DNA from: an uncultured Erysipelotrichaceae bacterium
Lineage (GTDB): Bacteria; Bacillota_I; Bacilli_A; RFN20; CAG-826
Assembly (NCBI GenBank): GCA_902769185.1
Contig: CACXNV010000006.1
Location: 1,062-65,061 of the forward strand
Direction: 5' to 3'
Length of the DNA stretch: 64,000 nt
Both the position numbers and the translations under genes were made by a program. The notes under the pieces are model-generated. The model did no database searches and was not told where the DNA came from. It saw nothing but the letters and a program-made list of their open reading frames with translations. Shown piece after piece: positions 18,605-33,060 of the stretch (position 1 is the first letter of the stretch; each line of letters starts with the position of its first letter).

Positions 18605-19610
18605 AATCTTAGCAATTGAAAGTAGTTGTGATGAAACAGCAGCGTCAGTTATCTCTGATGGTGTTCTTTTAAGTAACATCGTTTCCACTCAAATTGATGT
18701 ACATCGTAAATATGGTGGAGTGATGCCTGAAATTGCTTCTAGATTACATGCAGAAAATATTTCTATTGTTATTAAAGAAGCAATGGAAGAAGCTAAACTA
18801 ACTTTTGAGGAGCTTGATGCAGTAGCAGTTACTAGAGGACCAGGATTAATTGGTGCTCTTCACGTTGGTTTACAAGCCGCTAAAACAATTTCAATGTTAT
18901 ATAACATCCCATTAATTCCGGTCCATCATTTAGCAGGTCATATTTACGCTAATGAATATGTCTCTGATTTTAAATTTCCAATGCTTGCAGTAGTGGTGTC
19001 TGGAGGTAATACCGAACTTGTATTAATGAAAGACCATATGAATTTTGAAATCATCGCCGAAACTGTTGATGATGCCATTGGAGAATGTTATGACAAGGTT
19101 GCTAGAGTATTAGGCTTACCTTATCCGGGTGGAATTCCTATTGATAAACTTGCTAAAGAAGGAAAACATACATACGATTTACCAACTCCTTTAAAAGGAG
19201 TTAAGACTTTGAATTTATCTTATTCCGGATTAAAAACTAATGTTATTAATTTGGTGCATAATCTAGAACAAAAAGGTGAAAAAGTTAATGTTCCTGATAT
19301 GTGTAAATCTTTCCAAGATGTAGCGGTGGGTTTAGTAATTGATAGAACAATAAAAGCAGTTAAGCAATATCAAGTAAATCAAGTCATATTAGCGGGTGGA
19401 GTATCTGCTAATTCTTATTTAAGAAGCGAGATGACTAACGAAATGAACAAACTTAATGTTGAACTTCATATACCACCAATGTGGTGCTGCACTGATAACG
19501 CTGCAATGATTGCTAAAGTTGCATCAAGATTATATGATTTGAAAGTTTTTGCTCCTTTAAATTTAGGAGTGGATCCAAACTGGAAAATCGATGAATGGGA
19601 TAAATTTTGA
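18597..19610 (+). CDS. tsaD: tRNA N6-adenosine threonylcarbamoyltransferase TsaD
   Basis: Kae1/Gcp family sequence (SSCDETAASV, HHLAGH, GGVSANS). Confidence 0.95.
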   Translation: MAKILAIESSCDETAASVISDGVLLSNIVSTQIDVHRKYGGVMPEIASRLHAENISIVIKEAMEEAKLTFEELDAVAVTRGPGLIGALHVGLQAAKTISMLYNIPLIPVHHLAGHIYANEYVSDFKFPMLAVVVSGGNTELVLMKDHMNFEIIAETVDDAIGECYDKVARVLGLPYPGGIPIDKLAKEGKHTYDLPTPLKGVKTLNLSYSGLKTNVINLVHNLEQKGEKVNVPDMCKSFQDVAVGLVIDRTIKAVKQYQVNQVILAGGVSANSYLRSEMTNEMNKLNVELHIPPMWCCTDNAAMIAKVASRLYDLKVFAPLNLGVDPNWKIDEWDKF

Positions 19611-19662
19611 AATCTTTGTTAAATGATTTCACAAGATTAGATATAATACATACTACGAGGTT

Positions 19663-21063
19663 ATGAATATGAGTAAAAAAATCACAAACTTTGAATTATT
19701 CGACATCGTCCTTAACGGTGATGAAGAAGAGTTAAAAGAACTATTATCAGAAGAAGTTGAATTAGAAGGATGGGTCCGCACTAATAGAGCAAATGGACAA
19801 ATTGGTTTTATTGAATTTAATGATGGCACCTATTTTAAAAATGTTCAATTGGTCTACTTAAAAGAATCAAGTTGTTATGAACTTGGTTCTTCTTATAGAA
19901 ATGGTTGCGCGATTAAAGTAATTGGCAAGATTAAACTTACTCCAGAAAATAAACAGCCATTTGAAATTGAATTAATAGAAACTGTTTTATTAGGTGATTG
20001 TGATGAAGATTATCCTCTTCAAAAGAAGAGACACTCCTTTGAATTCCTTAGAGAAATTGCTCATATTAGACCTAGAGGGAACACTTTCCAGGCTGTTTTT
20101 AGAGTAAGAAGTGTATTAAGTTTTGCTATTCATCAATTCTTCCAAGAAAGAGGATTCTTATATGTCCACACTCCTGAAATTACCACTAACGATGGAGAAG
20201 GAGCAGGTAACGTATTTGATGTCACTACCCACGACACAAAAGATCCATTTGCATTCTACGGCAGAAAAGTTAACTTAACTGTTACTGGTCAACTCCATGT
20301 TGAACCTTTTGCTTTATCATTTAGAAATGTTTATACATTTGGTCCTGTTTTTAGAGCGGAACACTCTAATACAGTTAGACACGCCAGTGAATTCTGGATG
20401 ATTGAACCAGAAATGGCGTTCTGTGATCTTAACGGCAATATGTCAGTTATTGAAGATTGTATTAAGTACTGCATCAACTATGTGATGGAAGCATGCCCAG
20501 AAGAGATGAAATTCTTTAACACAATGATTGATCCTACCTTAATTGATAGATTAAATCATGTCACTAACTCTGAATTCAAAAAGATGACCTATACAGAAGG
20601 CATTGAAATCCTTAAAAACGCTGTCAAAAATGGCGTGAAATTCGAAAACAGCAATATTGAATGGGGTATGGATTTGCAGTCTGAGCATGAACGTTATTTG
20701 ACTGAAAAAGTGGTTAACGGACCATTATTCTTAATTGATTATCCAGAAGAAATTAAAGCTTTCTATATGAAACTTAATCCAGATAAGAAAACCGTTGCAG
20801 CTTGCGATTTACTCGTTCCTGCGGTTGGTGAACTTGTTGGTGGTTCTCAAAGAGAAGAGAATTACGAATTATTAAAAGCCAAAATGGATAAATTAGGTTT
20901 AACTAGTGGCTTAGAATGGTATTTAGACACTCGTAAATACGGCGGATGCGTCCATTCTGGATTTGGAATTGGCTTTGATCGTCTACTCATGTATGTCACT
21001 GGCATGCAAAATATTAGAGATGTTCAACCATATCCAAGAACAAGTGGATCAATTAAATATTAA
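19663..21063 (+). CDS. asnS: Asparagine--tRNA ligase
   Basis: Class IIb synthetase motifs (FRAEHSNTVRHASEFWMIEPE, GFGIGFDRLLMY) and AsnRS-type length. ATG19669 has better SD spacing and is an alternative start. Confidence 0.9.
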   Translation: MNMSKKITNFELFDIVLNGDEEELKELLSEEVELEGWVRTNRANGQIGFIEFNDGTYFKNVQLVYLKESSCYELGSSYRNGCAIKVIGKIKLTPENKQPFEIELIETVLLGDCDEDYPLQKKRHSFEFLREIAHIRPRGNTFQAVFRVRSVLSFAIHQFFQERGFLYVHTPEITTNDGEGAGNVFDVTTHDTKDPFAFYGRKVNLTVTGQLHVEPFALSFRNVYTFGPVFRAEHSNTVRHASEFWMIEPEMAFCDLNGNMSVIEDCIKYCINYVMEACPEEMKFFNTMIDPTLIDRLNHVTNSEFKKMTYTEGIEILKNAVKNGVKFENSNIEWGMDLQSEHERYLTEKVVNGPLFLIDYPEEIKAFYMKLNPDKKTVAACDLLVPAVGELVGGSQREENYELLKAKMDKLGLTSGLEWYLDTRKYGGCVHSGFGIGFDRLLMYVTGMQNIRDVQPYPRTSGSIKY

Positions 21064-21065
21064 TT

Positions 21066-21212
21066 ATGGAAAATAATAACGTTGCTTTATCAGAAAAAGA
21101 AAAAAGAAAAGAAGTTGCAAGACGTCGCACCTTCTGGTTTCTTATTGTATTTAATCTTTTATTAATTGTTTATATTTTTATTCAAGTGATAATGCTCGTC
21201 AGTAACAAATAA
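21066..21212 (+). CDS. Small (48 aa) single-pass membrane protein
   Basis: Not in the ORF track. The ATG lies 2 nt after the asnS stop. Translation MENNNVALSEKEKRKEVARRRTFWFLIVFNLLLIVYIFIQVIMLVSNK has a basic N-terminus followed by one TM helix. Confidence 0.4.
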   Translation: MENNNVALSEKEKRKEVARRRTFWFLIVFNLLLIVYIFIQVIMLVSNK

Positions 21213-21863
21213 TTAATTATTTGTATTGGTGTTATTGTTATTTGCAATAGCCTCATCTTGGTGATAGCCATCGAGGCTTTTTTCAAAGACAGTTTTACTG
21301 CGTTTATAAAGTAATACTGTTCTTGCTAATAAAGAACTAGCCGCTACTAAATACCAAGTTCCACCTACTAAAATACACGGTCCAAAGATATATCCACACC
21401 ACGCTATAGCGTCAAAATGAGGAGTATTATCTAAAACTAATTTTGCAAATTTAATTAAAGCACCATCTGTATATTCTCCCGATAATTTCCATGTAAAGAA
21501 TAAGGTGCCAAAACCATCATATGTAGAGAATGGATTATATCCCCAGTTGTTATATATAGCGTTATGAATAAATAAAACTATAAATCCTACAATGATTATA
21601 ATCATTGGAATATATGCTTGTTTAAAGAAATAAGCCCAGTTTTTATTTCTTCCATATCTAATAAAATGTCTTTTATCGTTTACTACTTTAGTGACAACTG
21701 CGTCATGGACTAATGTATCAATCTTCTTTGCTTGGAATTTCATAATTCTCATTAGCAAATAACCAAGTAAGCCAATAAAGACTAAGAGTATGATAACAAT
21801 TAAAAGAAGAGCAAATATCAATCTCTTATCGCCATCAGATAATGAAATTAAAATGTTAGTCAT
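21213..21863 (-). CDS. Membrane protein, unknown function
   Basis: 216 aa with 3-4 TM helices and an Asn/Thr-rich tail. Overlaps the upstream gene by 8 nt. Confidence 0.55.
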   Translation of the reverse strand: MTNILISLSDGDKRLIFALLLIVIILLVFIGLLGYLLMRIMKFQAKKIDTLVHDAVVTKVVNDKRHFIRYGRNKNWAYFFKQAYIPMIIIIVGFIVLFIHNAIYNNWGYNPFSTYDGFGTLFFTWKLSGEYTDGALIKFAKLVLDNTPHFDAIAWCGYIFGPCILVGGTWYLVAASSLLARTVLLYKRSKTVFEKSLDGYHQDEAIANNNNTNTNN

Positions 21864-22218
21864 TATTATCTAACTCCTCGACTTTTGTCTCTTCTTCTTT
21901 TTTATCTTCAAAGGTTGGTGAGATATAATCATCAACTTTATACATTTCCTGATCGCTAGGATATAAATTTAAAGCTGGCTCAACTGTATCTTCAGTTGGT
22001 TCTTCTTTGTTTACTTCTATAATCTTTCTTACTTCTTCATCTTCTTGAAGTTCTGTTTTTAAGCTTCTTCCAGTGAAAAATAAAATTGTGATTTTAATTA
22101 ATCGATAAATAAAAACAAAGATTCCAAAGACAGCATAAAGACTAATTCCTAGTAGTCCCAGCGGGAAGAATAGAACGTAAAATAAGCCTTTTAATAAACC
22201 TTTGAAAAAAGTAACCAT
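21856..22218 (-). CDS. Membrane protein with acidic C-terminal tail
   Basis: 120 aa with 2 TM helices followed by a Glu/Asp-rich region. Confidence 0.5.
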   Translation of the reverse strand: MVTFFKGLLKGLFYVLFFPLGLLGISLYAVFGIFVFIYRLIKITILFFTGRSLKTELQEDEEVRKIIEVNKEEPTEDTVEPALNLYPSDQEMYKVDDYISPTFEDKKEEETKVEELDNND

Positions 22219-22222
22219 GAAT

Positions 22223-23137
22223 CTATTTTAGTTTATTTGTATTTTTAATAAAACAATAATTGTCCAAAAAGTCAATTATTGTCACTAAACCTAAAATAGT
22301 GGTGATTAATATTAATTGATTTGGGGAGGAAACATATTGATATAAAAAGGCAAAAATAAAGATAAACGCTAAATGAAATATAACTAATAAAACATAGTTT
22401 AGTTTCTTTCTTTTTAGAATTAGTTGAATTGTTTCATAAATATAAATTGGTAAAGGCATCATTACAAAAACAAGACACCAATTTGGGAAATAGAAATACG
22501 ATAAAACTGCTAATCCGATCGTTAATAAAGTAGATAAATAGAGAATATATCGATAATGACATTCTAGGTTAACTTCTATTCTAAATTTATGAATTTCTAG
22601 TTTAATGAATAAATAAGATAGTACAATTTGAATTTGTGAGATTATAAATAAGAAAATCAATAGGAATGCGTGTAGATATTTAAAATCATTTAATCCAAAT
22701 AACTTTATTAAACCCATCATAACATCAAAATTATCAATTATCTTTGTTAATATAAAATAGGTTAAGTATGTTAGTAAAAATTGAGCGGTTGTTGTCCCTA
22801 CGATAATTAGGATTGCAGACACTCTATGTTCAAAGGATATACCAAATAAAAAGCCTACGATCATAGAAGGAAAAACATATATTAAAGCATCAAATATGCT
22901 GAAGCCGCCTGCAACCGCAAAACATAATCCTAGAGTGACTAAAGCGTAAACTGGATAGTACTTCTTTTTACAATATAAAGTAACAATAGTGCTTGTTAAA
23001 GGAAGAATTAACACCAATAAAAACAACAATACTGGTAATAGATTACTTAGTAATATAAAGATAACATTAATCGCTGACATAATGGCCATATAGGCGATAT
23101 TTTGAGTAGCGTTTTCTCTTTTTCTAAATAGTTCCAT
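22223..23137 (-). CDS. Polytopic membrane protein, unknown function
   Basis: 304 aa with about 8 TM helices. First gene of a three-gene minus-strand operon. Confidence 0.55.
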   Translation of the reverse strand: MELFRKRENATQNIAYMAIMSAINVIFILLSNLLPVLLFLLVLILPLTSTIVTLYCKKKYYPVYALVTLGLCFAVAGGFSIFDALIYVFPSMIVGFLFGISFEHRVSAILIIVGTTTAQFLLTYLTYFILTKIIDNFDVMMGLIKLFGLNDFKYLHAFLLIFLFIISQIQIVLSYLFIKLEIHKFRIEVNLECHYRYILYLSTLLTIGLAVLSYFYFPNWCLVFVMMPLPIYIYETIQLILKRKKLNYVLLVIFHLAFIFIFAFLYQYVSSPNQLILITTILGLVTIIDFLDNYCFIKNTNKLK

Positions 23138-23217
23138 AGAGAGATTTTAACAAAAAATAAAATTTTTTTCACAAAAATGGCCATTTTTCCACTCTATATA
23201 TAATAGAGGGACTTTTT

Positions 23218-23625
23218 ATGAAAAAACTAATTCTATCCACATTAATAGCAATGTTAGCGTCATGCTCGTCTTATGAGACAATTAAACATAACTATCATGA
23301 GATAAAAGATCATTTAATAAGTTGGAGCGATATCTTTATTCAAGAAGAAGATACTTATCTAGTGTATTTTTATTCTGAAAGATGTGGACACTGTAACGAG
23401 CTAAAGCAGGATATTTTATCTTATTATTTTAAGGAGATAACTCCGATGTATTTTATATGCACTGATATTGAGATTGTTACTGGTCCACCAAAAGATTTAT
23501 TGGGAATAAGTGATATTAATGAATTTTACATATTTGGTACTCCGTTTTTAACTTTAATTAAAGATGGAACAGTTGCAGATTATTATGTAGGTAAAGTTCA
23601 GATTTTAGACTTCATTTCAATTTGA
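23218..23625 (+). CDS. Thioredoxin-fold lipoprotein (extracytoplasmic thiol-disulfide oxidoreductase)
   Basis: Lipobox MLASCSS and a CGHC active-site motif (FYSERCGHCNELK). Confidence 0.75.
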   Translation: MKKLILSTLIAMLASCSSYETIKHNYHEIKDHLISWSDIFIQEEDTYLVYFYSERCGHCNELKQDILSYYFKEITPMYFICTDIEIVTGPPKDLLGISDINEFYIFGTPFLTLIKDGTVADYYVGKVQILDFISI

Positions 23626-23680
23626 TTAAAAATTTATTAATAAAATTGAATAGAAGGGTTATTTATGTTAGTATATTGCT

Positions 23681-27877
<4,197 letters not shown>

Positions 27878-27900
27878 CCCACATTTACTATATTTTAATG

Positions 27901-27931
27901 ACTCACCTAGTTTAATTGGGTGAGTTTTTTA
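27901..27931 (+). terminator. Intrinsic terminator after ligA
   Basis: Stem actcacc/ggtgagt followed by T6. Confidence 0.75.
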
Positions 27932-27989
27932 TATTTATGGTTTAATTAAATAGTTATCTTTGATAAAATACCTAATTGGAAATTGAAAT

Positions 27990-28286
27990 ATGAAAACTGT
28001 TACAAAAGAAGTATTAAAGACAACTGCTAACAAATTAATGTTTGATATGTCTGATGAGCAATATGATCACTTAGTTAGTGAATTTGACATTCTAATTAAA
28101 CAAATGAATTTGATTGGCGAAATTGAAGGAGTGGACACTGCAGAACCTATGACTTTTCCTTTTGATGTCACTAACGATTATCTAAGAGAAGATGTGGCTA
28201 CTGCTCCTGAAAATAAAGAAGAGATTTTAAAGAATTCTGCAGATGTAGTGGACGGACAAATTCGTCTTCCAAAGGTGGTCAAGTAG
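27990..28286 (+). CDS. gatC: Glu/Asp-tRNA amidotransferase subunit C
   Basis: 98 aa in the canonical gatCAB order. Confidence 0.85.
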   Translation: MKTVTKEVLKTTANKLMFDMSDEQYDHLVSEFDILIKQMNLIGEIEGVDTAEPMTFPFDVTNDYLREDVATAPENKEEILKNSADVVDGQIRLPKVVK

Positions 28287-28287
28287 T

Positions 28288-29745
28288 ATGAAATATATGA
28301 ATTTAAGCATCACCAAAATCCATGAAGCTATCTTAAAAGGAGAAGTCACACCTTTAGAATTAGTTAAAGAAGCAATTGAAGCTTGCAAAAAAGATGACAA
28401 TAACTCTTTTGAATATATATGTGAAAAAGAGGCAATTGAAAGAGTTGATAAACTTGATGAATCTAAAAAGGATAGCCTACTATACGGTATCCCTGTAGTT
28501 ATTAAAGATAATTACTCCACCAAAGATATTCCTACTACTGGAAGTAGTAATATGCTAAATGGCTATGTTCCTATTTTCTCTAGTGAAGTTGTTTTACGCT
28601 TAGAAAAAGCAGGTGCTATTGTTGTTGCTAAAGCGACAATGGATGAACTTGCAATGGGTGGTAGTGGTACTACTGGTCACTTAGGTATTACATATAATCC
28701 TTGGGATAAATCTAAAACTCATTTAATTGGTGGATCATCTTGTGGAAGCGCTAGTAGTGTTGCCGCTGGAATTGTCCCTTTTTCTATTGGTAGTGATACT
28801 GGTGACTCAGTGAGAAAACCAGCCAGTTATGGTGCGTTAGTTGGATTTAAACCATCATGGGGAAGAATCTCTAGATTTGGTTTATTCCCATTTGCTACTT
28901 CTTTAGACCATGTTGCCTATTTCACTAGAAACGTTGAAGATAGTGCAATCTTACTTAATGTATTAGCGGGTAGAGATGATAAAGATTTTTCATCTTCATT
29001 TAAACCTGTTGAAGACTACACTGCTAGATTAAACGAATCAGTTAAAGGCAAAAAGATTGCGGTTATTAAAGAAATTATGGATTCAATTTCTAACACCTCA
29101 ATAAAAGAAGCATTTAACAAAAATATCGCCGCATTAAAAAATCTTGGTGCGATTGTTGAACCAGTTAGTATTGACCATAAATTACTTAAAGCAATCTATC
29201 CTACATATATCATTATTTCTTGCGCTGAATCTACTAGCAATAACGCTAATTTAGATGGTGTTAAATTTGGTCCAAGAGAATCAGGTGAATCCTTTGAAGA
29301 AATTATGACCAATACAAGAAGTAAAGGCTTCTCAAGATTAATCAAGCGTAGATTTGTTATTGGTGGATATTCACTTTTAAAAGAGAACCAAGACGAATTA
29401 TTTGTTCGTGCACAAAAATGTAGAAGATTAATTGTTGACGCTTTTAATAAAGTTTTTGAAAAATATGATGCGATATATTGTCCAGCTTCTCCAAAAGTTG
29501 CTCCATTAGTGAGTTCTGATAGTGATGCGCTTAGTGATGAATATTTAATCGCTGACAACTATATGGCGTTTGCGAATATGGGTGGATTTCCATCTATTAC
29601 ATTGCCATTAGGATTTGAAGATAATCTCCCATTTGGTGGGAATTTGACGGGAAAACCATTTGATGAATCTGGTGTTTTATCTATTGCCAAAGTAATTGAA
29701 AATTGCACTGGATTAAAAGATTTAGTAGCTAAGGAGGGCAAATAA
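28288..29745 (+). CDS. gatA: Glu/Asp-tRNA amidotransferase subunit A
   Basis: Amidase signature (GGSSCGSASSVAAG...GSDTGDSVRKPAS). Confidence 0.95.
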   Translation: MKYMNLSITKIHEAILKGEVTPLELVKEAIEACKKDDNNSFEYICEKEAIERVDKLDESKKDSLLYGIPVVIKDNYSTKDIPTTGSSNMLNGYVPIFSSEVVLRLEKAGAIVVAKATMDELAMGGSGTTGHLGITYNPWDKSKTHLIGGSSCGSASSVAAGIVPFSIGSDTGDSVRKPASYGALVGFKPSWGRISRFGLFPFATSLDHVAYFTRNVEDSAILLNVLAGRDDKDFSSSFKPVEDYTARLNESVKGKKIAVIKEIMDSISNTSIKEAFNKNIAALKNLGAIVEPVSIDHKLLKAIYPTYIIISCAESTSNNANLDGVKFGPRESGESFEEIMTNTRSKGFSRLIKRRFVIGGYSLLKENQDELFVRAQKCRRLIVDAFNKVFEKYDAIYCPASPKVAPLVSSDSDALSDEYLIADNYMAFANMGGFPSITLPLGFEDNLPFGGNLTGKPFDESGVLSIAKVIENCTGLKDLVAKEGK

Positions 29746-29746
29746 C

Positions 29747-31171
29747 ATGGAATTTGAGGCAGTTATTGGTTTAGAAATCCACGTTGAGATGAAAACAAAA
29801 TCTAAAATGTTTTCTAGTGGCCCAGTTAGCTATGGAGAAGATCCAAACACTGAAGTTAATGTTGTTGATATGGGCTTTCCTGGAGTTATGCCTGTAGTTA
29901 ATAAGCAGGCAGTAATTAACGCAATCAGAGTATCTAACGCTTTACATATGTCTATTGATGATGTGGTGATGTTTGAAAGAAAGAACTATTTCTATAGTGA
30001 CCTTCCTAAAGGATATCAAATTACTCAACAATTTAGACCTATTGGTAGTAACGGTTATTTAATTATTACTACTTCCCAAGGAGAAAGAAAAATTGGTATT
30101 GAACGTTTACATATGGAAGAAGATACATGTAAACAACTTCATTCCTGGGATTTCTCTTTACTTGACTACAATAGAGCGGGTATTCCTCTTATTGAAATTG
30201 TTTCTAGACCAGATTTAAGAACTGGTGAAGAGGCCGCTAAATATGTTGAAAAGATAAGATCAATTGTTTCTTTCTTAGATGTCAGTGACGGCAAGATGGA
30301 AGAAGGATCTTTACGTTGTGACGTTAATATTTCTCTTAGAGAAAAAGGAACTGAAAAATTTGGCACTAAAGTAGAAATTAAAAACTTAAATAGTATTGCC
30401 AATATTCAAAAGGCGATTGATTTTGAAATTTCTAGACAATCAATCATCTTAGATTTTGGTGGAGTCATCGAACAAGAAACCAGAAGATTTGATGAAGGAA
30501 GTAAAGAAACAGTGTTGATGCGTGTTAAAACTGACGCTGTTGACTATAAATACTTCACTGAACCAAATATTGCTCCTATTAAGTTATCTAAGGAATTTAT
30601 TGATGAAGCAATTCGAACCTCTCCTGAATTAGCGGAAGTCAAATTAGAAAGATATAAATCTCTTGGCTTAAATGAATATGATTCTAATTTGTTATTAGCA
30701 GATAAAGATATTTCTAATTATTATGACGAAGCTATTATAAGTGGGGCTAATCCTAAATTACTCGCTAACTGGATTATTGGTGATGTCCAATCAGTTTTAA
30801 ATAAGGATGGCATTTCTATTAAATCATTTAAAGTTAGTCCTTCTTTACTTTCAGAATTAGTTTTACTAATTGAACAAGGAAAAGTATCTAATAAACAAGC
30901 TAGAGAATTCTTTGCTAAGATGATTGAAAATCCTATTTCACCTAAAAAATTATTAGAAGAATCTGGAACTTCATTAATTAGTGATGAAGATACTTTAAAA
31001 GCAATTGTTAAAGAAGTTGTGGATGCTAATGAGCAATCTGTCATTGACTATAAAAACGGTAAAGATAGAGCGTTAGGTTTTATCGTTGGTCAAATCATGA
31101 AAAAGACTCAAGGCAAAGCTAATCCAGGATTAACTTCAAAATTGGTCTTAGAAGAAATTAAAAGGAGATAA
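29747..31171 (+). CDS. gatB: Glu/Asp-tRNA amidotransferase subunit B
   Basis: GatB family sequence (VIGLEIHVE, HMEEDTCK, RCDVNIS) with a YqeY-like tail. Confidence 0.95.
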   Translation: MEFEAVIGLEIHVEMKTKSKMFSSGPVSYGEDPNTEVNVVDMGFPGVMPVVNKQAVINAIRVSNALHMSIDDVVMFERKNYFYSDLPKGYQITQQFRPIGSNGYLIITTSQGERKIGIERLHMEEDTCKQLHSWDFSLLDYNRAGIPLIEIVSRPDLRTGEEAAKYVEKIRSIVSFLDVSDGKMEEGSLRCDVNISLREKGTEKFGTKVEIKNLNSIANIQKAIDFEISRQSIILDFGGVIEQETRRFDEGSKETVLMRVKTDAVDYKYFTEPNIAPIKLSKEFIDEAIRTSPELAEVKLERYKSLGLNEYDSNLLLADKDISNYYDEAIISGANPKLLANWIIGDVQSVLNKDGISIKSFKVSPSLLSELVLLIEQGKVSNKQAREFFAKMIENPISPKKLLEESGTSLISDEDTLKAIVKEVVDANEQSVIDYKNGKDRALGFIVGQIMKKTQGKANPGLTSKLVLEEIKRR

Positions 31172-31174
31172 AAA

Positions 31175-32191
31175 ATGGCGATTTTAGTTACAGGTGGAAC
31201 AGGCTATATTGGTAGCCACACAGTTGTGGAATTATTAAACAAAAATTATGATGTTGTCATCGTTGATAACTATGTAAACTCAAAACCTGAAGTTTTATCT
31301 AGAATCTACAAAATTACCGGCAAAAACCCAAGATTTTATGAAGTTGATGTCTGTAATGAAGATAAAATGAGAGAAGTTTTTAAAAAAGAAAAGATTACTG
31401 ACATTATTCATTTTGCTGGACTTAAAAGTGTTGGTGAATCAACTCAAAAACCTGGCTTATATATTAGAAATAACATAGGATCTAGTATTGTCTTACTTAA
31501 TTTAATGAAAGAATTTGGTGTTCATAATATCGTTTTCTCTTCAAGTGCGACAGTTTACGGGGTTCCAGACCACGTCCCACTTAAAGAAGATGATAAAATC
31601 GGTGGATGCACAAACCCTTATGGACAAACCAAATTAGAGATTGAATATATGTTATGCGACTTCGCTAATGAGAATAAAGACGCTAATATTGCGATTTTAA
31701 GATACTTTAATCCGATTGGTGCTCATGCATCTGGCTTAATTGGAGAAGATCCTCAAGGTATTCCAAATAATTTAATGCCTTATATTACTCAAGTTGCGGT
31801 TGGCAAAAGACCATTCTTAAATGTATTTGGAGATGACTATAACACTCCAGATGGAACTGGTGTTAGAGATTATATCCATGTTGTTGATCTTGCTAAAGGC
31901 CACTTAGCAGCGCTTAAGAAATTAGAAGAAAAACCAGGTTTAGTTATTTATAACTTAGGAACTGGAAAAGGTACTTCGGTTTTAGAATTAGTGCACGCTT
32001 TTGAAAAAGCTAACGGATTAACAATTAAATACGAAATTAAGGATAGACGTCCAGGTGACGTTGATGAAAACTACGCTGATGCATCTAAGGCATATAAAGA
32101 GATGGGTTGGAAAGCTGAACTTAATATTGTTGATGCATGTAGAGACAGTTGGAATTGGCAAAAGAACAATCCAAAAGGCTACGATAAGTAG
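31175..32191 (+). CDS. galE: UDP-glucose 4-epimerase
   Basis: GxxGxxG (VTGGTGYIGSH), a YGQTK catalytic motif, and 338 aa. Confidence 0.9.
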   Translation: MAILVTGGTGYIGSHTVVELLNKNYDVVIVDNYVNSKPEVLSRIYKITGKNPRFYEVDVCNEDKMREVFKKEKITDIIHFAGLKSVGESTQKPGLYIRNNIGSSIVLLNLMKEFGVHNIVFSSSATVYGVPDHVPLKEDDKIGGCTNPYGQTKLEIEYMLCDFANENKDANIAILRYFNPIGAHASGLIGEDPQGIPNNLMPYITQVAVGKRPFLNVFGDDYNTPDGTGVRDYIHVVDLAKGHLAALKKLEEKPGLVIYNLGTGKGTSVLELVHAFEKANGLTIKYEIKDRRPGDVDENYADASKAYKEMGWKAELNIVDACRDSWNWQKNNPKGYDK

Positions 32192-32200
32192 TCTCATTCT

Positions 32201-32277
32201 GCGCTTGTAACTCAGTCGGATAGAGTGTCACCCTCCTAAGGTGAAAGTCGGACGTTCGAATCGCCTCAAGCGCGCCA
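32201..32277 (+). tRNA. tRNA-Arg (anticodon CCT), CCA encoded
   Basis: Manual cloverleaf: acceptor gcgcttg/caagcgc, D stem actc/gagt, anticodon stem tcacc/ggtga with loop ctCCTaa, T loop ttcgaat. There is one A-C mismatch in the T stem. Confidence 0.85.
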
Positions 32278-32287
32278 ATGCGTTTAA

Positions 32288-32316
32288 TAACCCTACTTCA
32301 TAGGGTTTTATTTTTG
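32288..32316 (+). terminator. Intrinsic terminator
   Basis: Stem aaccct/agggtt followed by a tttatttttg run. Confidence 0.7.
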
Positions 32317-32366
32317 CCTCAACTATATTTATATTGTTTTCACATTAATGTGATACACTATAAAAG

Positions 32367-33023
32367 ATGAAAAAGGCTCCATTATTATCATTTAAATATT
32401 TCTTCTACGATTTTATTCGATTAACTGGTTGGCCGCTTTTAATATTCTTCAGGCCTAAAAAGATTTATGTTTCTAAGAGCGCTAAATCTGGATTTAAAGG
32501 TGGCTTCATTTTAATGGCGAATCATAATTCAATGAAAGACCCATTTTATTTAATTGCGTGTTTACTTAGAAGAAGGCATCACTTTATTACCACAAATGAG
32601 GTATGTTCTACTAAATGGAAAAGGTTCTTATTTAAGATATGCTTCTTATGTATTGAAATTAATCGAGAAAAATTCTCAATGTCTTCTTTTAAAGAGATTA
32701 CAGCTAACTTACAAAGAGGAAATATGGTTTCAATGTTTCCTGAAGGACATATTAATGTTGAGCAAGATGAATTAAATCCATTTAAAGGCGGAATAGTGAT
32801 GATGGCGTTTAAGGCTAATGTTCCAATTAGACCAGTGTATTTAGAAAAAAGAAAACATTGGTATTCTAGATTAAGACTATACGTTGGAGAAGTGTTTGAT
32901 ATTAAAAATCATTTAAATGGTCGTTCACTTAATACTAATACAGTAAAAGAAATAGCCAGTGAGTTAGAGAATAAAGAAAAAGAATTAGAAATTCTTTGCT
33001 CAAATAGACAAAAAAGAGCATAA
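32367..33023 (+). CDS. plsC: 1-acyl-sn-glycerol-3-phosphate acyltransferase family
   Basis: HX4D motif (NHNSMKD) and an FPEG motif. Confidence 0.75.
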   Translation: MKKAPLLSFKYFFYDFIRLTGWPLLIFFRPKKIYVSKSAKSGFKGGFILMANHNSMKDPFYLIACLLRRRHHFITTNEVCSTKWKRFLFKICFLCIEINREKFSMSSFKEITANLQRGNMVSMFPEGHINVEQDELNPFKGGIVMMAFKANVPIRPVYLEKRKHWYSRLRLYVGEVFDIKNHLNGRSLNTNTVKEIASELENKEKELEILCSNRQKRA

Positions 33024-33060
33024 TACTTATGATTTTATAAATAAAAAAAGGGGAGAAACG

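Noticed and set aside
29196-31044. Antisense ORFs within gatA and gatB (29196..29558, 29559..29741, 30166..30402, 30721..31044)
   Set aside because: They fall entirely within strongly supported conserved coding sequences on the opposite strand.
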